From: Rhynchopus sp. YZ270_cl-10
Taxonomy: Eukaryota
NCBI GenBank assembly: GCA_964035575.1
Contig: OZ037836.1
Location: forward strand, 1,240,001-1,304,000
Direction: 5' to 3'
Length of the DNA stretch: 64,000 bases
Positions 1-12,100 of this stretch are shown in pieces. The notes beneath the pieces were generated by a model. The model made no database searches, was not told the DNA's origin, and saw nothing but the letters and a program-made list of their open reading frames with translations. A program made the translations under genes and the position numbers. How positions within the stretch are numbered: the stretch's first letter is position 1; each line of letters opens with the position of its first letter.

Positions 1-155
1 CTGTACTGTACTGTACTGTACTGTACTGTACTGTACTGTACTGTACTGTACTGTACTGTACTGTACTGTACTGTACTGTACTGTACTGTACTGTACTGTA
101 CTGTACTGTACTGTACTGTACTGTACTGTACTGTACTGTACTGTACTGTACTGTA
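1..155. repeat. (CTGTA)n microsatellite, runs off the left edge of the window
   Basis: 31 perfect CTGTA units followed by CTCCC, the same right boundary as the array at 36140-37013. Confidence 0.98.
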
Positions 156-751
156 CTCCCCGAGAAAACCACTTTTTTGGGATAATTCAGCGCATTAGAA
201 AATTTTGCGACCCCGCTCGGTTAGAACCGTGACTCTGTGTGACCCTTACCACCGTGAGAGTAAACACCAAAAAACGGGGAAAATAAAAATAAAAAGGGGT
301 ACCCCCTCCAAATTCCCCGTGGTTCGCCCGTATGTCTCCCGCGGTTGTACCGCGTACAACGGTTCACACCATTTTGGCCATTTTTTCACAAAAAACCAAT
401 TTTTTTTAATCAGGAAAGTATCTGTAGAGGTCGTCAGGTGGTTTAATGGGATATTTGGGTGATCCCCAGGGCGATTTGCGGCCAGGTACGACCTTTTTGG
501 TGGGTTTCTTCACCTAAATTTCAAAAAAATGGGTTTGTGACAGTATTTGTACAGGGATTTAGACACCACTGCGCCCCCTAGAGGGGGGGGAAGCTGAGAA
601 AACCGTATTATTTTGTCTGTTTTGTGCATAGCTGAAAGGGAAAAAGAAAGAAAACTTGAAAGATGTACCGCAACACATCTTCACCACCATCGCATGAGGG
701 AACCAGAAAAAGGCGGACAAAACCCACAAACCAAATTCAACCCACGTTCAT

Positions 752-1972
752 TCAGCCCTTTTTAACCCTCTTGCCAGGACGCACAACAGCGGTGTCCCTC
801 TTCACTCGTGGCGTCTGTTCCTCCTCACCTTCATCCTCGCTGCACGCAGGCGAACCCTTGCTCTCTGCGAACCCTGCTTCCCTTTCCTCAGAGGGCTCTG
901 TGTCTGCATGAAGACGCTTCCGCCTGCACCCTTCTTTCTGCACGGTTGCGGGGTCGGGCACGTTGTCAGTCTCGCATATCAGACCGTGAATCACATTTGT
1001 CGGCAAACCCACTTCTTTCGCAAGCAACCTCCTCACAACCAGAGCGTCCTTGCTCAACCCTGAGGCATCGATTCTTGTTAACTCTGAGCAGGACTCGAAC
1101 AAATACTCCCCAATACTCCTGACCCCGCTCAACGCAGACAGGCCATCGACGACTTGCAAGCGTAAGCAATGCCCAAAGAAGTACTTCCCGATGGTAACGA
1201 CACTCCTCAGCCCCGAAAGACAAACTCTCTTCAACGACGAGCAGTTGTAAAGAAATCCGTCAACTATTTTGGTGACATTGCTCAACCCCGAAAGGTCCAC
1301 GGACGTCAAATGGCTGCACTTGTTAAGAAAATCCCCCGCAATCACAGTCAGGCAGCGAAACACAGAGAGGTCAACCGTTCGCAATGCAGAAGAACCAAGA
1401 AAGTATTGGTCTATCATAGTGACACTGCCGAACCCCGACAGGTTGATGCTCTCCAATCGTTCGGCGAAGGGGATGAAGCGAACTCCTATCACAGTCACAT
1501 TGCACAACCCTGAAAGGTCAACCTCTGTCAACTGTGGGCAATTGTACAGGAAGTTTGCCCCTATTTCGGTGACAACCGACACAGCACTAAGGTCAAGTCG
1601 CGTTAACGCACTGCGTTCCAAGAAGTGAAAAGGAATCACAGTCGCAACCTCCGCCTCCAAAAGCAAACGCGCAACGTCCGGATTCTTCACAGTCGCCAAC
1701 CTCTGTTTTGTCAGGTCTGTCTCGCCCAATGCGTGAAGTGCTGCAATGGCAGCAGACTTCGTTGTCCTCATGAGCATAATCGTGTCCCCAGCACTCAGCT
1801 CCTTGATGCCCTCCTCGTCACGCAGCACCTCCCCTCTGAAAGTCATCTGAAAGCTGTCTTCCTGCAACCCTGCTGCAGACGCCACCTTCAGACGCAGGTG
1901 TCCAAGTGCATCATCCACACCCACCTCCACCACATGTTCCTTCTCGTCAAAATCCTTGATCGTGATATCCAT
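752..1972 (-). CDS. UBL-LRR protein, subfamily A (UBL domain + BspA-like 25-aa LRRs + basic tail), 406 aa
   Basis: ORF 752..2056; start placed at MDITIKDFDEKEHVVEVG by alignment to paralogs; LxxxDLSGLxNVTxIGxxFLxxC repeats; tail RRKR...RPGKRVKKG. Confidence 0.85.
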   Translation of the reverse strand: MDITIKDFDEKEHVVEVGVDDALGHLRLKVASAAGLQEDSFQMTFRGEVLRDEEGIKELSAGDTIMLMRTTKSAAIAALHALGETDLTKQRLATVKNPDVARLLLEAEVATVIPFHFLERSALTRLDLSAVSVVTEIGANFLYNCPQLTEVDLSGLCNVTVIGVRFIPFAERLESINLSGFGSVTMIDQYFLGSSALRTVDLSVFRCLTVIAGDFLNKCSHLTSVDLSGLSNVTKIVDGFLYNCSSLKRVCLSGLRSVVTIGKYFFGHCLRLQVVDGLSALSGVRSIGEYLFESCSELTRIDASGLSKDALVVRRLLAKEVGLPTNVIHGLICETDNVPDPATVQKEGCRRKRLHADTEPSEEREAGFAESKGSPACSEDEGEEEQTPRVKRDTAVVRPGKRVKKG

Positions 1973-2442
1973 TTTTGTGTTTTTGTGTTTTGTGCTGTGT
2001 CTCTGCTGAGGTGTGCTGCTGTTTTGTGTCAGAGTGAGCTGAGTAATGTTTGTCATCAGAGTCGATCAAGCTAACAGGAAACGTTGAAAAGGTTTGTCAT
2101 CACGTCTCGGGGGAAATGGAAGTTGGAAACAGCACAGACAGGTCTCTTGCCAAGGTTGACAGGCAGATGTGAGGGAGTTACCCAAATGACCGCCAGAGGA
2201 CCTTGTCCTCAATCAAATTATACCTTCTTCTTTCAGGTTGGGGAGGGAGGTGGTAAAAACGCTGCATAAACTCTCGAGGGAGGTGGGAATGTCTTGTTTT
2301 GTCTGTTTTGTGTTGCGACTGAAAAACAGGGAAAAAGAAAGAAAACTTGAAAGATGTACCGCAACACGTCTCCACCACCATCGCAAGAGGGAACAAGAAA
2401 AAGGAGGAGAAAACCCGCAAACCCAATTCAATCTACGTCCAT

Positions 2443-3663
2443 TCAACCCTTTTTAACCCTCTTGCCAGGACGCACAACAGCGGTGTCCCTCTTCACTCGT
2501 GGCGTCTGTTCCTCCTCACCTTCATCCTCGCTGCACGCAGGCGAACCCTTGCTCTCTGCGAACCCTGCTTCCCTTTCCTCAGAGGGCTCTGTGTCTGCAT
2601 GAAGACGCTTCCGCCTGCACCCTTCTTTCTGCACGGTTGCGGGGTCGGGCACGTTGTCAGTCTCGCATATCAGACCGTGAATCGCGTTTGTCGGCAAAGG
2701 TGGTTCTTTCGCAAGCAACCTCCTCACAACCAGAGCGTCCTTGCTCAACCCTGAAGCATCGATTCTTGTTAACTCTGGGCAGGAGGAGAAGAAGTCCTCC
2801 CCAATACTCCTGACACCGCTCAACGCAAACAGGCCATCGACGACTTGCAAGCGTAAGCAATGCCCAAAGAAGCCCTTCCCAACGGTAACGACACTCCTCA
2901 GCCCCGAAAGACAAACTCTCTTCAACGACGAGCAGCGGAAAAGAAAGTTGTCACCTATTTCGGTGACATTGCTCAACCCCGAAAGGTCCACGGACGTCAA
3001 ATGATAGCAGCAGCAAAGAAAAACCTCCTCAATCACAGTCACGCGGCGAAACACAGAGAGGTCAACCGTTCGCCATGCAGAGTAGCCAAGAAAGCTATCA
3101 CCTATTTTAGTGACACTGCCGAACCCCGACAGGTTGATGCTCTCCAATCCCACGGCGAAGGTGATGAAGTTACGTCCTATCACAGTCACATTGCACAACC
3201 CTGAAAGGTCAACCTCTGTCAACTGTGGGCAATTGTTCAGGAAGTCATCCCCTATTTCGGTGACAACCGACACAGCACTAAGGTCAAGTCGCGTTAACGC
3301 ATTGTTGCGGAAGAAGCCATCAGGAATCACAGTCGCAACCTCCGCCTCCAAAAGCAAACGCGCAACGTCCGGATCGTCCACAGTCTCCAACCTCTGTTTT
3401 GTCAGGTCTGTCTCGCCCAATGCGTGAAGTGCTGCAATGGCATCAAACTTCGTTGTCCTCATGAGCATAATCGTGTCCCCAGCACTCAGCTCCTTGATGC
3501 CCTCCTCTTCACGCAGCACCTCCCCTCTGAAAGTCATCTGAAAGCTGTCTTCCTGCAACCCTGCTGCAGACGCCACCTTCAGACGCAGGTGTCCAAGTGC
3601 ATCATCCACACCCACCTCCACCACATGTTCCTTCTCATCAAAATCCTTTATCGTGAGATCCAT
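2443..3663 (-). CDS. UBL-LRR protein, subfamily A, tandem paralog, 406 aa
   Basis: ORF 2443..3753; start MDLTIKDFDEKEH; UBL and tail near-identical to 752..1972, with LRR positions diverged. Confidence 0.85.
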   Translation of the reverse strand: MDLTIKDFDEKEHVVEVGVDDALGHLRLKVASAAGLQEDSFQMTFRGEVLREEEGIKELSAGDTIMLMRTTKFDAIAALHALGETDLTKQRLETVDDPDVARLLLEAEVATVIPDGFFRNNALTRLDLSAVSVVTEIGDDFLNNCPQLTEVDLSGLCNVTVIGRNFITFAVGLESINLSGFGSVTKIGDSFLGYSAWRTVDLSVFRRVTVIEEVFLCCCYHLTSVDLSGLSNVTEIGDNFLFRCSSLKRVCLSGLRSVVTVGKGFFGHCLRLQVVDGLFALSGVRSIGEDFFSSCPELTRIDASGLSKDALVVRRLLAKEPPLPTNAIHGLICETDNVPDPATVQKEGCRRKRLHADTEPSEEREAGFAESKGSPACSEDEGEEEQTPRVKRDTAVVRPGKRVKKG

Positions 3664-4155
3664 TTTTGTGTTTTTTGTGTTTTGTGCTGTGGCGTTTATC
3701 GTGGAGAAGGTGTGGACAAGCAAGAAACAAAGAGATAAAAACGGAAGCTGCAATATGCAGACAACCCATTAATGAGCGAACTCAACAGGATGCAGGCACA
3801 ACGTACCCTGCACACAACCAGAAGATGCAGAAAGAAACTGAGGCTTGCCTGCACCACACTGCAATGTGAACCAGACCTGCACATCACCACTCACCACCAC
3901 CAACCCACCTCCCGATGAAGCATCCTGAGCTTGCAGGTAATCCCACCTCCTGCACCACATCGTATTGTGAAGGATCAAGCAAGAAAGAAAGAACTGAGGA
4001 CTCTGAACTTCACAAGGACAACGCAACGAAGAAGAGGGAGAAAAAATCTTCTCTTTTTTTTTGGGTTACAATACTCTAATTGGGGTGTGTGGGGGTATAC
4101 AGGTACACAGGGCCGAACAAAAAAATGATTCTTTTTTTCGCCCGTTTGGTTTTTA

Positions 4156-4795
4156 CACCATGGACTCGTAATGACATTACGTGACGAGGGACGAGGGAAA
4201 TTACGTGGGAAATTACGCGCGCAATGACGTCGTCACGACGCGGGCACCCCCTCGTAATGACGACGTCATGACGTGGGGTTTCCCTCGTCACGACGACGGC
4301 ATTACGACGTCATGACGAGGGGGTGCTCCCGTGGTCATTGTCTGGCTATTGCCTCCCAGGGAAAGGGACTCTCGAATTTTTTTTTTTTGGCCCCTATATA
4401 GGGCTAATTTCGACGATTTGAGGCCATTAAAAGCAAAATTTGGCACTTTTAAGCATCTGTGGGGGTCTAATGGCCGTATTTTGGCTGAAATTTGACTTGA
4501 CAATTTTTTTCACCATTTGGTCAATCTGAGGTTTTCTTTGGATTTTTTGGGCCACTTTATGACCTACCACGCCCGATTTTTGAAAAAAAAATTTTTTTTT
4601 GTATTGGTCAAAAATCGCCTTGTCGTGGGTGCCCACGTCATGACGACGTCGTGACGTGGTAATTACGAGGGGGTGCCCTCGTAATTACCTCGTCATGACG
4701 AGGGCACCCCCTCGTAATTACGAGGGGGTGCCCTCGTCAAGGCACTCGTAATTACCTCGTCATGACGCGCGTAATGTCATTACGAGTCCATGGTG
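4156..4795. mobile_element. MITE with 26-bp TIRs and TA TSD (Tc1/mariner-type signature)
   Basis: TA|CACCATGGACTCGTAATGACATTACG ... CGTAATGTCATTACGAGTCCATGGTG|TA; subterminal palindromic CCTCGTAATTACGAGG and CGTCATGACG repeats; no ORF. Confidence 0.9.
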
Positions 4796-5212
4796 TATTT
4801 GACAAGAAAATATGGAAAAAAAAAAAAAATTGAATGTATCTCTTGTACACACACATCTGAAATAAAGAAATTTTACGATGTATGGATCTCAAAAGGTGGA
4901 CACAAAAATTGGGTAAGATAGGGCTCTCTCTCTCTCTTTCTATTACGAATCCATACTGTCACATATCTTTTGGAGAAATTGAACAAATTTTCACAAATAA
5001 AAAAGAAGAAAAAATCGGGTCTATTGTTTGTGCGCTCAAAACCGGAAAACAAAGGGGTAAAAAAAATGTGTACTGAAGTTGTTGGCGAATGGAGTACTCA
5101 AAGAACAAGCCAGCTCTGTCTTTTTCAATCCGTTTTGTTTTTGCCCGCAGCGCTTGCCTCCAATCTTTTTTTAGAATTGACAACAAGTTGTTTTATCAAA
5201 AAAGACTAAAAA

Positions 5213-8200
5213 TTACTTTCGGAGCAATGCAGCTGCAGCTTCTATGTCGGCCACTGGAACAGAACGCTGGTAGAACCTGAGGGGGACTGAGGACGTTTTG
5301 GCCTCATGCACTGGGGTGCTTGGCAAATACTTGGGTGTGGCAGAGAGCATCGGTGGTGGCGTCATCGTATGTGCTCGCTCTGTGCCAGACAGCGGCGTGC
5401 TGTAGCTGTTTGCCATCGTCCTGTGGGTTTGCGTTTCGCTTAGCTTTAGGTCCAGCAGCCTGCTCTTGGTTGCCACTTCATTCATCTTCTTCTGCAACTC
5501 CTGCTCCTTAATGAACTGCTCCGTCCTCTGTCTATCCAAATCGCTTCTAGACTTATCCAACTCTAGCTCCTGAATCTGCATTTATTTTTTTCATAATTTT
5601 TTTTTTTTTTGAAATTATTGAAAGCACTTCCGACTGACCCACTTCCGATGACAGCCCCGGATAAAAGAGAAGTACCCTACAGCCAACAGCAAAAGGTATA
5701 AAAAAGAACCCTAATGGCTTGTCCGTAACGAAGGCGGTGCACAACCGCTCGTCAGCTGGCGACCCACCTTCCGCTGAAGAGTTGTGACTTTACGAATACT
5801 CTCATTCGCTTCACCCAACTCTTAGTGAACGATTGTCGAGACAAGAGAGCAAAGGGGGGAATCATAGCATCTCTCTCTTTGCGTCCCATGCTGTACTGAC
5901 AGTGCCTCACCCTTAGGGATTTAAATGGACGTCCTTAGAGCCACCCCGTAACACAAAGGTGTAGCAGAACCGAGGTCCTAGCATTGATATACCCTGTCAG
6001 GGTTTACCTTGCAAACAATAGGCACCCCCGAAACATACCTGCACGACCCTCTCCCTTGCAGCATCGTACTCCTCCCTTCTGCGTGTAGGAGAGGACTGCT
6101 GTGCAACCAACTCTGGGTACACCTCGCCGCCCCAACCCTGTTGTTTTAGTTGTTGTTTTTTTGTGTCGCCAATGACCTGCTAGTGCAGGGTGTACTCAAT
6201 GTCGCCCGAAGGCTAATGTACTTCAAAGATATTGGCGAAAGTCGTCCTTTTATTCGAAACAGCATCGTGGAGGGAAGAGTGGTGGTGCTTAATCTCATAC
6301 CATCCCGCTTCCCGCAAAGCTACGTGGTGAACCACTATTATGATAGGATGGGCTGCTGATATGCCTTTCTTTGCGAAGCGCGGCAGTGTCTTCAAACGCA
6401 CGTACCCTCACGTTTTCTTGCGAGGCTAGAATAGCGAAGATCCGATCCGCAGAATCGGTGACCAACTCACGCTCAGACTCCTCAAGACTTTGCAAGCTTA
6501 GCAACCCATGCAAGATGTGAAACTCATGCATGGTTCGTTTGTTTTGCTTTTTCAATGCACTACGGTTGTCTTCTTCATCTTTGACAAGTCTGGTGATATT
6601 GGAGGAGACTTGATGGTAGAGAATTCCTTGCTGATTACGCAATAGGTCGCACCACTCTAACTCCATCCCATGAAGAAGCTTGGACAGGTTGGTAGGGTAG
6701 AGCTCTGTTTCGAGGTAGATACGATGACGGTGTTCGTCCAGCTGGATTTGATGCATGCCGTGTCGTGAAGCAAGCTCTACGTCCCATCGCCAGCGGTCTT
6801 CCGCCATGATGTATGCTTCCCACTGTGCTTCTTCATCTCGTTTGTATGCTTGGCGTCTGGCGGTTGTGATACGACGCCACTCATGCTCCTCTTCCAGCTC
6901 AATCTGCCCCCTTCTGTAGTCTTCACTCCACTGCCCACCCCCAGAAGCTACCATACCCTGCAGTCTCTCTAATAGCCAGCTCTCGATCCGCGACCGTTCC
7001 AGCTTCTCCCTCCGTGAAATGACCTCATGCCGTTCCCTTAACTCCCACCGCGCCTCCTCAATGAAGCGTACCCGAAACAAATCCGCATTTCCCAACGCGT
7101 ACAACCGTTTCCGCATATCCATCTCCTGAAACACAAGACGCTGCATGGTGCTCTGTGCATCCTGCACCATCTCCTCAAGAAGCCGTCCATAAAAGTCTGT
7201 CAAATAATCCCCCGTTTCCTTATCAAAGCTTGACCGAAAGGAGACATTCACCCGAGAGGTGGCCTGCTCATTAGGCCACAGAGAAGCGCCAGCTGTAGGC
7301 GGATCTGTATAGGAGGGGGTAAAGTCGCTGTGAGGTGCACTGCTATTCCCCTGAAGCGTGCCACGTGGACGGGACACATTGTACTCTGGTGTTGTGAAGG
7401 AGATGTGGTTGTCTGTGCGTACCGAATCGCGTGTTGGGTCCTTCAGCACAGAGGACGGTGAGGTTGCCCCGAAAGGGTTGGATGGGGTGTCCGCTGCTTC
7501 CATGGCAAGTGTCGAGCCAACGTCAACTGCCATCTGGCTGTCAGGTTGTGATATTACCTCTGAAATGGGTGCATCCGGAAGAATCTCTTGTTTCTTAAAA
7601 GGGTTGTTCGAAGCAGAGCTGTCCTGTGTAACCTGGCTGCGGAAGGGGGTAGTCCCTTCTGGGGCCTGGCTGTCTTGCATTTTGAAAGGGTTGTTTGACA
7701 CTCCCTCCGATTTAAACTGGTTTTGAACTGGCGGTGCGTCTGTGTTGGGTTGGCTGTCCTGCTTCTTGAATGGGTTGTTCGATACAGAGCTGTTTTCATT
7801 GCTTTTGAAGGGATTTGGTGGGTTCGGTGTGTCCTGGGAATCCTGCTTTTTGAAAGGGTTGTTCGAAACCGAGACTTCCTGGTCCTGCTTCTTGAAGGGG
7901 TTGCTTGAGAGAGAGCTTTCCGTTTGCCCTCTGAAGGGCGGCGGAGGGGGTTGGCTGTCTTGCTTTCTGAAGCCGCTTGACCCTTCTGATTTGAACTGGT
8001 TTGGTGCGTCTGGAGCGGCCTGGCTGTCTTGCATTTTGAAAGGATTGTTCGACACTCCCTCCGATTTAAACTGGTTTTGAACTGGCGGTGCATCTGTGTT
8101 GGGTTGGCTGTCCTGCTTCTTGAACGGATTGTTCGATACAGCGCTATCTACTGCATTGCTGTTGAAAGGTTGTGATACTGGATTTGAGGGACCCCCACTC

Positions 8201-8373
8201 TGCGAGTTAAACTGCCGCACCGCAGATGGCTGAGGAGGCTCGCTTGTCTGGTTTTGAAGACCGAATTGACTTGCCAAAGCACTCACTCCCGCAGGACCCC
8301 CAGCACCCCCTGTTGCACCACCACTGTGTGTCGAGCCGACCGATTGGCTCTCATATTTTTCCGTGAGTGACAT
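5213..8373 (-). CDS. Multi-exon gene: NPF-repeat / coiled-coil protein of unknown function
   Basis: Large first exon from 8373 to about 6301 with repeated SNNPFKKQD motifs and a Glu/Arg-rich helical region; last exon 5575..5213 after a TGCAG acceptor; small candidate exons near 6138-6039 and 5820-5768; internal splicing not fully resolved. Confidence 0.7.
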
Positions 8374-8435
8374 TATGCCACCCTCTGCAAAAAAATGGGT
8401 TTAAAAAGGTGCAAAAGATAGTATTCGAAGGGAAT

Positions 8436-8560
8436 TGGTGTGGCTGACGACCCCAAAAATAGCACAAAATAGCACCTCCCTTCAGCCGCACCAAAAAAAT
8501 CCAGATGCCCAGAATAGCAGAAAATAGCACGACAATAGCACCCCCCTTTCAGCCACACCA
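8436..8560. mobile_element. 125-bp MITE with TGGTG...CACCA ends and 5-bp TSD
   Basis: GGAAT|TGGTGTGGCTGA ... TCAGCCACACCA|GGAAT; internal AAATAGCA repeats; second copy at 37914-38037. Confidence 0.9.
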
Positions 8561-9124
8561 GGAATGGATATAGGAAGTTTATATCGCGAACACCATAAGA
8601 TGAACCTAAGCCTCAGCCATGTTTAGCCATCTAAAAAAGCGGGCTAAGGTGGGGGTCATGAAAGGCACAAGGTAATGATATAGGGAAGGGTGTATATTGT
8701 CTAACAAGCCAAGTTTTTTTTTTGAGAATAGGAAAAAGAAAAAAAAAAAAGACAAAAACAAACTTAGAGAGATGTAGGGGAAGGAACCCGAAGCACATCT
8801 GTTCAAGCTTAAAATAGGAGAAGTCGGGAAGGGTGTGGCTAGAGAAAAAAAAATGAAAGAGAGAACGTCTGTGTCCAAAAAACACAGCGCTCGGCAGTGG
8901 GAACCAGCTGTTGTAAGAACAGCATCGGCTCGTTTCCGAACCCGCACGCCCACCCTCCCTTTGGTCCCTTTGTATGTGTTTTATTTTGCTTTTTGTTTGT
9001 TTGTTACTGTTATGGCGACGATCAGTGTCGGTACTCAATATTGCCCGAAAGGCAGAGAGACAGTTAGTTACCGCATATTTTTATTTGCTAGGTTTTGAAG
9101 TGCTGTAGCTGTCCACACACACAA

Positions 9125-12100
9125 TCACGCCTTCTTGCTCTCCATCAACAGCATGAGTTCGCGTTTCTTCTCTTCAACCTTCTGTGCGAGCAATACTTTA
9201 GCGGAGGCTACAACATTTTGTGCGACACCACGTGTGAAAAATCTGTGAGAGAGCGAGAGAGAGATATTCAGTGGATCAACAAGTTACAAATTTACATTAA
9301 ATAATGGTTATGGTTGTTGATGCAGGCATCTCCAACTGACTGTACGATGTCAGCCATCCGGATGCAAGTCCCAGTACCCTGCAGTTAACAGAATGTGTAA
9401 ATAAGACACTGTACACAAAAAAGATCTCTCATGACAACAAGAGATAAATAAACTTTGTCTAAAAAAAGCTATTTACAGATTTCTCTGGATTTGAACGGCA
9501 TTTGGCCTGTTTATCATTTTTGTAGTTTACACAAAAAATTGCTCCCAAAATGTGCTATATATTTTTGTACAGAGACAACTTTAAAAGAACCTGAGCACAA
9601 CAGGAACACTGCAAACGCGAGGGGGATTTTTTTTTGCATACTTTGCGGCTGGGTTTTCTCGTCCATTTTTGGACCCCCCTTGCTTGACCCTCAAGAAGAG
9701 AGTTTCAGGGTCGGCATTCGCGATTGACTGCACAGTTTTGTAGCCAGCACTGAACAGACAGCGTCCTCGCCCAGCCTGAACACCGGCGATCTCGGCGAGA
9801 TGTGCACAGTCGGCCTTCATTCCACAGCCAAGCCGTTTAACATACGACTGGATGGTCACCTGGAGGGACGTCCACCCGTTGCTCTCTGTGAAGTTCACCA
9901 TCATATTGCAGAAGATCGCTGCGTTGAACTGCAACTTTTGGATTTGGCCCTGTAAGGAAGGAAAGAGGGATTACGCTCCACATCCCACAACGTGTATTTC
10001 AACACGTTAATTGGGTTTTTTTTTTTTTTTTTTTTTTTTTTTGAAAAAAATGGGAGGGAAATACAAAATCTTAAGAAGAACCTCAAAGATGCATGTCTCT
10101 TGACGTCCTTTATGGAGAAAGGAAATAGCAAATATAGATTGTATCGAGGGGGTGATGCCATACCCTTTCACAAGAAAACTTCTTAGAAACCACTGCGACG
10201 GGCATTTCTGAGAGCAGGTCGGAGAGGATCAGCGCACACCAGAAGCGGCGGCACTTGTATTCATCTCTGCAGCCTTTGTTGCGTTGTTTGTCGCTTTGCT
10301 CGCATTTGACGAGGACATAGGGCTCGCTTATGCCGATCATTGTCGCTATCTGTCGTGGTATCGCCTTCATATTTGCTAGCAGATGCGCTAAGGTACGCCA
10401 GTTGATGCTCCACGTCTCTGCATCCTTGATAGGTGTCAGGTAGTACAGCATGTGAAGGTCGTGGCCGAGGATGACACCGTTGTCTTGCATGTGCTTCAAC
10501 TCCTCCTTCAGGAGACGTGCCTCATTAAGGGTAAACCCTGATTTAAAGACCGAAGCACCAAAAGGGGAGATCTGCAGTGGCATTGCTTCAGGGCGGTCTT
10601 CGTGGCTGTCGTCTGCACGGCCAACGATTCTTTCTCCGATCATTGCATAGAGTTTTTGTTGGTGTGCGTCCTTGTATGCGAGGACAGAGTCGTTGTCTTC
10701 GGCCACGTGGTCTTGCTGGGGGTAGAGCATGCGCTCTGCATAGGAGATGAGCTCGGAGTAGCATTTCGCAACACCGGTTGCCATGGCGTCGAGGACCATG
10801 CCCTCAATGGAGGCTGGCGCGTTGCTTTTGCTTGTGAGTGGTTCGATCTCGGACCGCATGAGCTCCTGGGAGCGGTGGAAGTCGTTGTCTCTGCACAGCA
10901 GGTACGCCTCACCATTAGAGTCAAACCCAGCCCGACCTGCACGACCGCACATCTGAAGGTATTTGGATTTGTCAAGGTGGCTGATCCCGACGTACGGATA
11001 CCGTATGATCACCCGCCGTGCAGGAAGGTTGACCCCCGCCGCAAGCGTGCTGGTGCAGCACAGCACGCAGATGACCTTGCGTTTGTACGCTTCTTCAATG
11101 AGGACGCGCTCCTCCCCCAGCATGCCTGCATGATGATACGCAATGCCCGCACGCAGGAAGACCTCAAAGTCGGCATCAAGACTGCCACTCACAACACCCT
11201 TCATCTCCGTCGCCAGCGCTTCGCGTGCATATTCATTGTGGGTGCGCGCCTCTTCAGAGACAAGACCTGCAAGCACCTTACACATCCGCTGGCACTCCTT
11301 CTTGCTCGGACAAAACACAAGACAACACCCAGACGGAACAACCTCGTTCACCAGAAGCGCAACCTTCTTGTCGTCGTGCTTAGTAAGAGGCAACGTCCGA
11401 GCGGTTTCGCCATCACCTTTGAGAACCATAGTACACTCCTTAGTGTCCTTAAGAAGAAAGCACTCAAGGGTAACAGGACGGAAGTCTGACACATAAAGCT
11501 CTGCATCCAGCCACCGTGCCAGCAGCGGAAGGTTTGGTAGGGTTGCACTCATGCCAACAATCTGGCAGGCAGGGATGGTGACGCAGATCTTGGTCAGAAG
11601 CATTTCGAGGATAGGTCCACGGCCAGGCTCGCCTATCATATGCAGCTCGTCTGCCACGACGCAGCCAATCTCCTTAGTGCGGCCCTCTGCAGCCATTTTG
11701 TTTACGAGAGAGTTTGCCTTTTCGATGGTGCAGATGGCGATAAAGCGTTTCCCCGCAATGGGCACCTGGCTCAACTCCCCTGCGCAGGCTGTGAGCTCAA
11801 AGCCCAGCGCCTTTGTGTAGGGTTCGAGGGCTGCCATCTTTTCGTCTACAAGCGCAACAAAAGGCATCACCAAAATCCCCGAGCGCTGTGCGGCCACTGC
11901 ACGAAGGAGAAGCACCTCGGCCACAAGACTCTTCCCGCCACTGGTGGGGAGTGAGAAGACGAGGTTCCCGCCACGGCACACCTTGGGCAGGGCCAGCACC
12001 TCCACCTGCCAGTCGTACATACGTGTGATGCCACGCTTTGCAAAGATCTGCCGCACGGATTCGGGGAACCCTGCCAACGGGTCTGCTGGGTCTGCCCCAG

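Noticed and set aside
1..155. Telomere at the window start
   Set aside because: CTGTA is not a typical G-rich telomere unit, and the same array occurs internally at 36140 inside a transposon
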